DNA of 64,000 nucleotides from Dehalococcoidia bacterium (GCA_965249275.1 CBDFLQ010000007.1:57912-121911), one strand, 5' to 3'; numbered from the stretch's first letter, positions 9,045 through 17,592 are shown. The notes: generated by a model from the sequence alone, not told the origin. Translations and numbers: made by a program.

Positions 9045-12000
9045 TTGACTCATTCATACAATCTCCGAATCGGAGTGACCCTGGCCGTACTCGTCATTGC
9101 AGCGAGTGTTTTCCTGGGATGGTCGGCACTATCCCTGCCTGCGTTGGCGAACGGGAATGATTGGGGGATGGTTGAAGTAAGTGAAGTCACAAAGACTCGG
9201 GCCAAGGTGACGGTCACCTTCGTCGACGAAACCGCAAGCGGCCATGCGTATTGGCGCTTCCGCACGACCATGCCCGAGGGACAATGGCTCGGACTTGACG
9301 GGGTCTCGGTCATCGGCGGTATCTCCGTATTCGATATTGCTATGCTGAGCCCCGGGACCGATTATGAGTTACAAGTGTCTCTCGACGGGGATTTTTTGCA
9401 GACTGACATCCTATCTAAGAAATTTACAACCCTTCCCCCCGACCCATCCGTCTCTGAAGTGATTGTTGAAGATATCACCCTGACGGAGGGAACCGTCCTC
9501 GTAACCATTGCCAACCCAGGTACTTCGTCCAAGACGGTCTACGTCCGCTACCGCACCGACGACACCCAACCCTGGAGCAATCCGCCAATCACCATAACCA
9601 CCGTGACGGGTACGGCGATGAAAAAGCTGTCCGGCCTATCTCCCGGTACCCGGTATGAAGTAGAGGCCTCCTTGGGTGACGGTTTCCTGCCCACCGAGAC
9701 TGAATCCACGACTTTCACCACCCTTCTCCCAAGGGTCTCAAGTGTGAGGCTAGAAAATGTCACCACTTCCGAGGCAATGGTCAATGTGACCATCGCCGAA
9801 CCGTGGCCTGGTGAAAATAGGGTCCACTTGCGTTACAGCATCGCGCCTTCAACACAAGCATCCTGGATTAAGCCTGCTCCAAAGTCGGTGGTTGGAGATA
9901 CCGAAACGTTTGATCTGACGAGTTTAGCCCCAGCCACCGAATACGAAGTGGAAGCATCCCTGGATGGCGAGTTCATGACGGGGGTCGAGTCCGCCACCTT
10001 CACTACGGCGGCTTCCCCGAGCATCGGATCGGTGAACATGGCCGGCGTCGAGCAGAATTCAGCAAGCGCCATTGTCAGCATATTCGACTCGGATGGGACT
10101 GCCGTGACGATCAACCTGCGCTACCGCGAGACATCCAGTGGAGATTGGAATGCGGCCCAACCGAAGACGTCTACGACTGATACTATGGACTTCACATTGT
10201 CGGGCCTGACGCCGGACACGGAATACGAGGTGGAAGTGTCGCTCGACAACGGCTTCTCTCTAAGTCAGTTCACCTTTTTCATTACCGAATCAATGACATC
10301 CAGGCCACCCTCCCCAGTGGTTCGAATCTCCGGTCTCTTCGCAGAAGATATAACGCCTGGCTCGGTGACCGTGATTGTAATGATCGCCGGCCCGGAAAAC
10401 CGAGTAACAGTGAATTTGCGGTATAGGGTCGAAGGCACGAATACGTGGAGCCGTATACTCCGCCGAACCACCGCTACGTCGACCGCTCAATTCGAACTTG
10501 GAGGACTGACAACCGCTACGAACTACGAAATAGAAGCGTCCCTAGATCCCAACTTTCCGATCCAAGATTCCGCGTACGATATCTTCACAACTGCAGCAGT
10601 TCGGGTCTCGGGGGTCAGGCTGGAAGACATAACCGACACAGAGGCGACCGCGATTGCAGAGATTGAAGATCCCCAAGGCCGGACTACGGTCTTCGTGCGC
10701 TACATAGCCTTGGGAACGGGGGCTTGGAGCGAACCCCAAAGCCGAATTACTAGCTCCAGTACGGTGCGTCTTTTCCTAGCGGACCTCCTGCCGGATACTC
10801 AATACGAGGTGGAGGCCTCTTCAGAGGAGAGCTTCCCCGGTGATAACTCGGCACTCGAGACATTTATCACCGAGCCCGCGCCCAGGGTCTCTGAGGCAAA
10901 TGTGGAGGGCATCACCAATGTGTCCGCCACATTTGCAGTGGACATTGACAGCCCACAGGCTCAGATGAAGGTATATCTGCGGTTCCGTATCGAGGGTACA
11001 GGGACCTGGAGTACGACCAGAACCCGTACTACCTCCATACCCAGCGCGCGGTTTTCCCTAGCGGACCTGAAGTCTGATACCGGATATGAAGTCGAGACAT
11101 CCCTTGACAAGGACTTCCCCGCGGGCAGCACTGTATCTGTGGTCTTTTCTACGCAACCGAATCCCAAAGTCTCGGACGTGACAGTCGAGGACATAACGGA
11201 AAAGAGCGGGACTGCAATTGTGAAGATTGACGGGCCACAACCCCGGACAACGGTCTATCTTCGCCATCGCTCCCAGGGAGACTCAGCTTGGAACGTGCCT
11301 CAAACCCGAACAACCTCTTTGGACACTGCGCGATTTACTTTGTCGGGACTGATGCCGGACACCGGGTACAACGTAGAGATCTCACTGAATCACGACTTCG
11401 ATGAGCTCATTTCTGAGACCTTTCTCACGGCTGCAAAAAGGCCGAAGCCAACCTCCGTAACAGGAGGGCCCATTACACAGACCACGGCCGCTATCATTGT
11501 GCATATAGACGACCCTCAAGGCAGTTTGACAATCCATCTACGTATCCGAATTTGGGGCTCAAATACTTGGAACAATCCTGAAACCCTCGTAACGTCGGCC
11601 TCCGCCGCTCCCTTCGACCTGAAACGCCTTACAGGAGGCACAACCTACGAAGTCGAGGTGTCCCTTGAATCAGCCTTCCCTCCTGCGGATACGGTTTCGG
11701 CCATCTTCACGACCACCCCTGCGACTAAGGTGTCGGGGGTGAATGTCGGAAGTGTTGCTGCAATAGAAGCCACCGTCACGGTCACAATTTCCCACTCTGA
11801 AGGGAATATCCGGACGGTCTATATGCGCTACCGCGGGCTGCCTGAGGGGGACTGGAGTGCAAGCCAAACGGAAACGGATGCGTCAACAATGGATGCCCTT
11901 CTACCGGGCTTGATTCCCGATATGGAATACGAGGTACAGGCCTCGTTGTATGAGACTTTTCCGACTACCGACACCCAAGTACAGAGGTTCAATACTCTTT

Positions 12001-12455
12001 CCGCACAGCCCATGGAGATGCCAACCCCCGTGCCCGCAGCAACACCCACTCCTACACCTACACCCGTACCCACATCAACACCCGAACCCATATTTACCCC
12101 CGAACCAACTCCCACATCCACACCCACAGTTGAGCCTACCATGACCCCCACCCCTCCACCCCCTCCGTCACCCACGCCCCTACCGTCTCTCACCCCTACT
12201 CCCATGGCAACTCCCAGCTATACGCCCACCCCGACCAGTGAGCCCAAACCCGCCGAGATACCTGCTCCCATGCCTACCACAATCCTAACTGCGCCTGCAC
12301 TATTATCACCCACCCCTGCACCCACCTCGACATCTCAGGCGGAGGAAGAAGAGACCGGGACAGACTTAGCCCTCGTGATCACCATAGTCACATTGGTCAT
12401 TGCCTTTACTATGGTGATCGGCTTCTTCGTATACCGCCGGAGAACGGTGAGTTAG
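9045..12455 (+). CDS. Large surface protein: signal peptide, 10 tandem FN3-like modules, Pro/Thr-rich stalk, C-terminal TM anchor
   Basis: 1136 aa. The signal peptide is ...LSLPALANG. The repeating pattern is V..V.VEDIT...A.V.V.I..P....TVYLRYR..G...WS..Q..T......F.LSGL.PDT.YEVEASLD. The C-terminal TM is LALVITIVTLVIAFTMVIGFFVY followed by RRR. The start codon (TTG at 9045) is uncertain. Confidence 0.85.
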   Translation: MTHSYNLRIGVTLAVLVIAASVFLGWSALSLPALANGNDWGMVEVSEVTKTRAKVTVTFVDETASGHAYWRFRTTMPEGQWLGLDGVSVIGGISVFDIAMLSPGTDYELQVSLDGDFLQTDILSKKFTTLPPDPSVSEVIVEDITLTEGTVLVTIANPGTSSKTVYVRYRTDDTQPWSNPPITITTVTGTAMKKLSGLSPGTRYEVEASLGDGFLPTETESTTFTTLLPRVSSVRLENVTTSEAMVNVTIAEPWPGENRVHLRYSIAPSTQASWIKPAPKSVVGDTETFDLTSLAPATEYEVEASLDGEFMTGVESATFTTAASPSIGSVNMAGVEQNSASAIVSIFDSDGTAVTINLRYRETSSGDWNAAQPKTSTTDTMDFTLSGLTPDTEYEVEVSLDNGFSLSQFTFFITESMTSRPPSPVVRISGLFAEDITPGSVTVIVMIAGPENRVTVNLRYRVEGTNTWSRILRRTTATSTAQFELGGLTTATNYEIEASLDPNFPIQDSAYDIFTTAAVRVSGVRLEDITDTEATAIAEIEDPQGRTTVFVRYIALGTGAWSEPQSRITSSSTVRLFLADLLPDTQYEVEASSEESFPGDNSALETFITEPAPRVSEANVEGITNVSATFAVDIDSPQAQMKVYLRFRIEGTGTWSTTRTRTTSIPSARFSLADLKSDTGYEVETSLDKDFPAGSTVSVVFSTQPNPKVSDVTVEDITEKSGTAIVKIDGPQPRTTVYLRHRSQGDSAWNVPQTRTTSLDTARFTLSGLMPDTGYNVEISLNHDFDELISETFLTAAKRPKPTSVTGGPITQTTAAIIVHIDDPQGSLTIHLRIRIWGSNTWNNPETLVTSASAAPFDLKRLTGGTTYEVEVSLESAFPPADTVSAIFTTTPATKVSGVNVGSVAAIEATVTVTISHSEGNIRTVYMRYRGLPEGDWSASQTETDASTMDALLPGLIPDMEYEVQASLYETFPTTDTQVQRFNTLSAQPMEMPTPVPAATPTPTPTPVPTSTPEPIFTPEPTPTSTPTVEPTMTPTPPPPPSPTPLPSLTPTPMATPSYTPTPTSEPKPAEIPAPMPTTILTAPALLSPTPAPTSTSQAEEEETGTDLALVITIVTLVIAFTMVIGFFVYRRRTVS
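9156..12004 (+). repeat. Ten tandem coding repeats of about 280-300 bp (94-100 aa FN3-like modules)
   Basis: The Y-E-V-E-A/V-S codon block recurs near 9363, 9654, 9942, 10224, 10524, 10803, 11085, 11368, 11646 and 11929. Confidence 0.85.
12005..12345 (+). repeat. Low-complexity Pro/Thr-rich coding linker
   Basis: The translation is PTPVPAATPTPTPTPVPTSTPEP...PTPAPTSTS. The DNA is ACN/CCN-rich. Confidence 0.9.
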
Positions 12456-12477
12456 GGGTAAATCGTAGGCGTGAGTG

Positions 12478-12507
12478 TATAATGTGACCACAAGAGTCCT
12501 TGTGGTC
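12478..12507 (+). promoter_or_regulatory. Putative vapBC promoter -10 (TATAAT) with adjacent 9-bp perfect inverted repeat (candidate operator)
   Basis: TATAAT lies at 12478-12483. GACCACAAG-AGTC-CTTGTGGTC lies at 12486-12507, directly before GGGAGG and the ATG at 12519. Confidence 0.45.
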
Positions 12508-12518
12508 GGGAGGCTGCA

Positions 12519-12794
12519 ATGCCGAGGATACAACTGATACTCTCGGACGAAGAGCGAGAGTTGTTTAAGGCCCAAGCACATCGAGAGGGCAAATCCCTTG
12601 ATGAATGGCTGAAGGTTGCCGCTCTCCAGCGTCTGGGGTGGGCACCCCCTGTAGCCAAGTCTGGCAAAATTGAAGACCTTGATGCGTTCTTCCGTAAGTG
12701 CGATGCGATTCCAGGACCCGAGCGTGAGCCCGACTGGGAAGAGTACAAGAAGCTGATTAATGAGGTGCGCCCGTCAGTAGCGGATGCCTCGTGA
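12519..12794 (+). CDS. vapB: Ribbon-helix-helix antitoxin (VapB-like)
   Basis: 91 aa. The N-terminus MPRIQLILSDEERELFKAQAHREGKSLDEWLKVAAL is typical of a CopG/RHH fold. There is a 4-nt overlap with the PIN gene. Confidence 0.75.
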   Translation: MPRIQLILSDEERELFKAQAHREGKSLDEWLKVAALQRLGWAPPVAKSGKIEDLDAFFRKCDAIPGPEREPDWEEYKKLINEVRPSVADAS

Positions 12795-13174
12795 TTTTCG
12801 TCGACACCAACGTCTTCATTTATGCTGTGGGCAGCAGTCATCCGTTGAAGAGTCCGGCGGAGGAGTTTTTCCGTAGTGCTCGGGACAGCGGCACGTCCCT
12901 AGTTACCTCTGCGGAAGTGCTCCAAGAGTTGCTCCACGTCTATCGACGCACTGGTAGACTTCAACAATTGGATGATGCGATGTTACTGGTCACAAGTGAC
13001 ATCGTACAAGCGTGGCCTTTGGAGTGGGCGGATGTGGACAAAGCCCGACAACTTCACGATAGCCATCCTGAACTGGAGGCCCGAGACCTCTGCTATCTCG
13101 CAAGCTGCCAAAGGCGTGGCATATCGACGATCATGACTTTCGACCAGCCTTTGCTGGCGGCGGCTAGCGCCTAA
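12791..13174 (+). CDS. vapC: PIN-domain toxin (VapC-like)
   Basis: 127 aa. It begins MIFVDTNVFIYA, and acidic residues are spaced as in PIN domains. Confidence 0.8.
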   Translation: MIFVDTNVFIYAVGSSHPLKSPAEEFFRSARDSGTSLVTSAEVLQELLHVYRRTGRLQQLDDAMLLVTSDIVQAWPLEWADVDKARQLHDSHPELEARDLCYLASCQRRGISTIMTFDQPLLAAASA

Positions 13175-13236
13175 ATATGCTAATCTGCGTCCAATAGCGC
13201 CACCTTGTTCTCCAACGCTCATTAAGGCTAACGCGA

Positions 13237-14352
13237 ATGGACGACGTCGAGACCCTGGCCCGTAAGCTGATCGCAATCGATTCCCAGAGCCACGTCAGCA
13301 ACGCACCCCTGGCCGAGTTCGTCTCCGATATTCTCGCCCCCTTCGCTGAGGAAATTGAGCGAATCGAGTACACGGACCCCGGTGGCCGTCATAAGGTCTC
13401 GCTTGTAGCGCGGGTAGGCAAGGGGAGCGGAGGCTTGGCCCTCTCCGGGCACATGGACACGGTGCCAGGTCTGGGCTGGGATGCCGATCCCTTCGAGGCG
13501 AGAGTTGAAGACGGGAGAATGTACGGGCTGGGAGCGGTGGACATGAAGGGTGCTATTGCCGCGACACTCGTGGCCGCCGAGACTTACGCCCGCCTTAGGA
13601 CACAGGTGCCGCTGACCCTCATCTACACTACCGACGAGGAAACCGACACCCAAGGCGCTCGCAGCATAGTCGATGAATCGGAAATCCTACGGTATGTCGC
13701 GCCTCGGTACTGCATAGTAGCCGAGCCTACAAATCTGCAAGTGGTCAACGCTCACAAGGCGGCTATCACATTCAGCGCTACGGCTCGGGGCAGGGCGGCC
13801 CACAGCTCCAGTGGTAAGGGACTGAATGCCAACATAGCCATGATCCCATTCATCCACGAGATGGGCCGACTCTACGCCGAATTGGTGGAAGACGAGGCCT
13901 ACTGGGACCCGAGCTTCGAGCCGCCTTTCCCGGACTGGAATATCACCATCGACAACCATGGAACGGCGGCCAACGTTACCGTTCCACTCAGTACCTGCCG
14001 GGTGAACTTCCGCTATACACCCACCCTGGACCCGGGCCCCGTACTGGCCAGGGTGCAGGAGTCGGCGGATAGGGCGGGGCTGGAATTGGAATCGTGGAGC
14101 AGCGGCCCGCCCCTCTATATTGCGCCCGACTCTGAATTGGTCCAGCTGGCACTGGAAATTACCAGCCAGCAGGCTCCAATTTCGGTCCCGTACCGCACCG
14201 ACGCCTGCATCCTTAGCGAGGCTGTTCCGTGCATAGTGGTCGGGCCGGGAGACCTGAGGCAGGCCCACACCGTTAACGAATGGGTCAGCGTGGAGCAGCT
14301 TCACCAGAGCGTCGACCTATACTTGAAGTTCATACAGGCCGTCTGCAGTTAG
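13237..14352 (+). CDS. M20-family metallopeptidase (ArgE/DapE-like deacylase)
   Basis: 371 aa. It has LSGHMDTVP and TTDEETD motifs and the domain layout of the acetylornithine deacetylase family. Confidence 0.8.
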   Translation: MDDVETLARKLIAIDSQSHVSNAPLAEFVSDILAPFAEEIERIEYTDPGGRHKVSLVARVGKGSGGLALSGHMDTVPGLGWDADPFEARVEDGRMYGLGAVDMKGAIAATLVAAETYARLRTQVPLTLIYTTDEETDTQGARSIVDESEILRYVAPRYCIVAEPTNLQVVNAHKAAITFSATARGRAAHSSSGKGLNANIAMIPFIHEMGRLYAELVEDEAYWDPSFEPPFPDWNITIDNHGTAANVTVPLSTCRVNFRYTPTLDPGPVLARVQESADRAGLELESWSSGPPLYIAPDSELVQLALEITSQQAPISVPYRTDACILSEAVPCIVVGPGDLRQAHTVNEWVSVEQLHQSVDLYLKFIQAVCS

Positions 14353-14381
14353 TCCAGGCCTGAGACTTAAGGAGGCCCACA

Positions 14382-15485
14382 GTGTGCGCGATGCGATACC
14401 CGACCTGGGAAGAGTTCATGGGCGATTGGGAGGAGTTCATCAAGGGCAGTTTCGGGGACAGGCCTATGTTCCCCACCCTCGCCCCCGAGACTCCCACCTT
14501 CATGGGCCTGCCAGAGGCCAAGACGCCGGAAGACCTGAAGGGCGTTGACGCGGCGATAATCGGCGCGCCCTACGTGGCCACAACCCACGAGACCTATGCG
14601 GGAGTTGACCGAAACGAGTGGCTTTCGGCGCCGAAGAGGGTCAGGCAGCAGTCGGCGCGCTACCAGTCGGGGTACATTCAGGAGTTCCGGATGGACGTTT
14701 TTGATCACCTGAAGGTCGTCGACTACGGTGACGCTCCCATACCAGCCGAGGTTATGAGAGACCAGTCCCCCGAAAACATACTGAAGGCCCAGGCCGCCGT
14801 AGAGATGAAGGTAGGACAGGTGCTGGATGCCGGGGCCATTCCGGTGGTTATCGGGCAGAACTCTCCGTGCGGGTCCTATGCCATCGCAAAGCCGATAGCC
14901 GAGCGTACCGACGGCTCCGTGGGCTGTGTCAGCCTAGACACACACTGGGACATCCAACCGATAGACTTCCTGTCCCAGGACCCGAGAATCGCCGGCTCGG
15001 CGAGCTGGAAGCACAAGATGTACGAGTTTCACGAAAACATGCACCCCCAGCACCTGGTCGAGATTGGGGAACGGGGGATGCTGGAGAGAAAGGACCTGGT
15101 CGAATCGTATACCGACCGTGGGGCGCGGTTTATCTCCTCATGGGAGGTGCGGGACGAGCTCGGCATGAAGGGCGTTGCCCACGAACTGGATCGGGCTTAC
15201 AACGGCACGAAAGCCGTGTACGTCCACTTCGACATGGATGTGATGGGCGGGGCTGGCCCAGCGCCCGGAGACATCCTCGGCGAGGCAGTGGAGCCCATAG
15301 GCCTATCCGACTTCGAGATTATCAAGATAGCCCATGAGGTGGGGAAGCGGGGGGTGTCGGGATTCTCTTTCATCTGCATCCCGCCCGGGTCGGCAGTGGT
15401 CTATCGGGTGATTGTCTACGTCATCATGTACATGCTCGCCGGGGTAGCGATGGCCAAGAGGGACGGGACTTACCTACTTAAGTAA
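14382..15485 (+). CDS. Ureohydrolase-fold (agmatinase/arginase family) protein, divergent at canonical metal motifs
   Basis: 367 aa. LDTHWD corresponds to DAHxD and HFDMDVMGG corresponds to SxDxDxxDP. IGQNSP sits where GGDHS is expected. AAGGAGG precedes the GTG at 14382. Confidence 0.7.
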   Translation: MCAMRYPTWEEFMGDWEEFIKGSFGDRPMFPTLAPETPTFMGLPEAKTPEDLKGVDAAIIGAPYVATTHETYAGVDRNEWLSAPKRVRQQSARYQSGYIQEFRMDVFDHLKVVDYGDAPIPAEVMRDQSPENILKAQAAVEMKVGQVLDAGAIPVVIGQNSPCGSYAIAKPIAERTDGSVGCVSLDTHWDIQPIDFLSQDPRIAGSASWKHKMYEFHENMHPQHLVEIGERGMLERKDLVESYTDRGARFISSWEVRDELGMKGVAHELDRAYNGTKAVYVHFDMDVMGGAGPAPGDILGEAVEPIGLSDFEIIKIAHEVGKRGVSGFSFICIPPGSAVVYRVIVYVIMYMLAGVAMAKRDGTYLLK

Positions 15486-15511
15486 GATTTAAAAAAGCCG
15501 CGCCCGGTCTC

Positions 15512-16327
15512 TCACCGACCCGGCGGCCGCTGATCGGCTGGCAGTTCGCTTCCGCCGGTCCCGTGGGTGAAATCTTCACCCCATTCGTAAGGCAGGTCCG
15601 TGATCTTGCCCGGCTCGTCGAGCGTGTCCAGAGTGCCGAGAGCATCCTTGATGATGTTCGTCTGGAGCTCTCTGTCGAACGGCTTGCCACATTGATGTCC
15701 CAAAGGGAAGTTGACGAACACGGGCCGGGGTGGCTTCACCTGAGCCATCATGTCCCTGACCGAGCCTACGTACACGGTGCTGACGCCTACCTCTTCAACT
15801 ACCCTCGCTAGCAGTCCAACGGACTGGTGGTCCAGCGGTCAGGCAGGTACACAGAAGAGGACGTCAACCTTGGCCTCCTTGAGTTTTCTGGCGATCTCAG
15901 CCGCCAACTGTGTCTGGAGAGCTGTACGCTTGTACATTCTCCCCATACCGAGTCCGTAGTTGATTTCGGCCAGTTCCCCTATATAGCCCTCCTGCTCCAA
16001 CTCCCGGAATCTGTCTAAAGGCAAGATGACGTTGGGGTCCCGGTCGGCGTCACGGTGGTCATAATAGTTGTAGTTGATTATCAGGTCTTTGGTCGGGGTG
16101 TCTTTGGAGATCTCCCGGTAGCTTAGCTCGCTTCTGGCCAAGGGGTCGAAAGGCTCCTGGTCCCTGCGGGACATCCCCGAGGAGCAGAGCAGTGCCACCT
16201 TCGCCTGGTCGAGCGGCTTCTCGAACGGGCTCCAGGTCGTGGTCTGGAACACTGACCACTTGTAGGGTGGAAACCCGTGGCCTTGATAATAGGCGTTGAG
16301 GTTGGCTACGTAGTCTATGGGCTTCAT
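15512..16327 (-). CDS. PrdB/GrdB-family (PF07355-like) selenoprotein; Sec encoded by in-frame TGA at 15839-15841
   Basis: Track ORFs 15839..16327 and 15512..15775 share one frame. The 63 nt between them have no stop. The joined sequence reads ...VDVLFCVPA-U-PLDHQSVGLLARVVEEVGVSTVYVG..., which parallels the GrdB ...U-GTCTRCGATMVKEIE.AGIP.V region. AAGGAGG lies 6 nt before the ATG at 16327. Confidence 0.7.
15812..15826 (-). promoter_or_regulatory. Candidate bacterial SECIS hairpin
   Basis: On the mRNA, CAGUCC-GUU-GGACUG starts 12 nt after the UGA, with G/U in the apical loop. Confidence 0.4.
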
Positions 16328-16496
16328 CCACGACCTCCTTGCTATAGGGGCAATCCCCGCTCCAGCCTTTGCAACCGTCTCAACTTCTCTGGGGCCACCT
16401 CATTCCGCCGGGACACTGTCTGAATCGCATTGGCTACCATTTATTTTCGGCGAGTGTAGCATTCGGAATACCCTACTTCAAACTGTCCGGGCGCGG

Positions 16497-16624
16497 TGGG
16501 TGTCGTGATTTTCCTTCATCTGCATCCCTGCGGGGTCGGCAGTCAAATATCATGTGATTGTCTACTTTGATATGTACCTACTCGCTGGTGTGGCGATGGC
16601 GGAGAGGGATGGGACTTACTTGCC
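16497..16624 (+). pseudogene. Relic copy of the 3' end of the ureohydrolase gene
   Basis: Ungapped hand alignment to 15351-15478 (offset 1146 bp) gives 99/128 identities. In the homologous frame it reads S*FSFICIPAGSAVKYHVIVYFDMYLLAGVAMAERDGTYLPK, against SGFSFICIPPGSAVVYRVIVYVIMYMLAGVAMAKRDGTYLLK* in the intact gene. No upstream gene body is present. Confidence 0.7.
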
Positions 16625-16655
16625 GAAATATGGCGAAATAGTAGAGCAAAAGATT

Positions 16656-16682
16656 CGGGCGGTTGGCTTAGCCAACCGCCCG
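16656..16682. terminator. Bidirectional intrinsic terminator hairpin (ssrA terminator on minus strand)
   Basis: CGGGCGGTTGGC-TTA-GCCAACCGCCCG forms a perfect 12-bp stem. On the minus strand it lies 14 nt after the tmRNA CCA and is followed by AATCTTTTG. The plus-strand side is followed by ATTGTCTTCTTACTT. Confidence 0.6.
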
Positions 16683-16696
16683 ATTGTCTTCTTACT

Positions 16697-17049
16697 TGGT
16701 GGAGACGGGGGAGGGTCGAACTCCCCGTCCAGAAGGTGGCCCCAGAGCGTCTACAGGCTTAGACGGCACTTAAATTTCGCCCGCCGTATCGCAGCCGACG
16801 ACGACAACGGAAGGCTAGCTGAATAGTCTTAACCTGTCCCTCACAGCATTAGGGCAGGAGCACCTCGATTTGCGTCGCCCTGAGACGGCCTTCGAGGAGA
16901 GGCCGAACAGGACGGGTTACCTAGTGTCTAGGCAGCCAGTGCGTACTGACGTTTGCCAGTTATGTTTTTGCCGCTGGTTTTACGAGTCCCACGGCGCCTC
17001 GGCCTGCAACCCTGGGTTACCGTGACTCCTGTCGAGCCCACGCGTCCCC
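16697..17049 (-). ncRNA. ssrA: tmRNA (SsrA)
   Basis: The minus strand reads 5' GGGGACGCGTGGGCTCGACAGG...GGACGGGGAGTTCGACCCTCCCCCGTCTCCACCA 3'. The internal tag frame GGC AAA AAC ATA ACT GGC AAA CGT CAG TAC GCA CTG GCT GCC TAG encodes (G)KNITGKRQYALAA. It sits directly downstream of smpB. Confidence 0.9.
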
Positions 17050-17116
17050 AAGCTGTAGGACTCTATTTTAACATAACGTCTTGCTTGAGATTCGGGACCC
17101 GAGACCCGAAGAGCGC

Positions 17117-17578
17117 CTAGCTGCGTCTTATGCCAGTTTCCTTGAGGACGGCCCGCTGCATCTGCCTATCGGCCTCCCGGCGTGCGATGGCCGCTCGCTT
17201 GTCATAAAGTTTGCGCCCACGCGCCACCCCGATCTCTATCTTCGCCTTATGGTTCTTGATGTAGAGCCTCAGCGGCACCAGCGTCAATCCCTTCTCCTGC
17301 ACCTTGGATGAGAGGTAGTCGATCTGGCCGCGGTGCAACAGCACCTTTCTAGGACGCATGGGCTCGTGGTTCGATCGATTGCCGTTGGAGTAAGGCGAAA
17401 TGTGGGCGCCGTGGAGCCAAAGCTCGTCGTCTTCCGGGCGTGCGAACGCATCCCGGATGTTGACCTTGCCGTCCCGGATGGACTTGATCTCTGTGCCCGT
17501 GAGCACGAGTCCTCCTTCGAACGACTCCAGGATGTCGTATTCAAACCGGGCTTTGCGGTTGACGCTGATGGTTTTCAT
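17117..17578 (-). CDS. smpB: SsrA-binding protein SmpB
   Basis: 153 aa, reading NRKARFEYDILESFEGGLVLTGTEIKSIR...LLLHR.EI. Confidence 0.95.
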   Translation of the reverse strand: MKTISVNRKARFEYDILESFEGGLVLTGTEIKSIRDGKVNIRDAFARPEDDELWLHGAHISPYSNGNRSNHEPMRPRKVLLHRGQIDYLSSKVQEKGLTLVPLRLYIKNHKAKIEIGVARGRKLYDKRAAIARREADRQMQRAVLKETGIRRS

Positions 17579-17592
17579 TAGAGGTGCAAGGG

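Noticed and set aside
12005-12345. Short-period repetitive DNA (ACNCCN runs) that could be mistaken for a tandem repeat or array. The antisense ORF 11828..12205 (GVGVG-rich) lies here too.
   Set aside because: It is the in-frame Pro/Thr-rich linker of the surface protein. There is no spacer-repeat periodicity, and the antisense ORF is a shadow.
16554-16826. 90-aa plus-strand ORF (MIVYFDMYLLAGVAMAERDG...).
   Set aside because: Its 5' part is the relic copy of the ureohydrolase 3' end. Its 3' part runs through the ssrA terminator hairpin and into the tmRNA gene, so it is not an independent gene.
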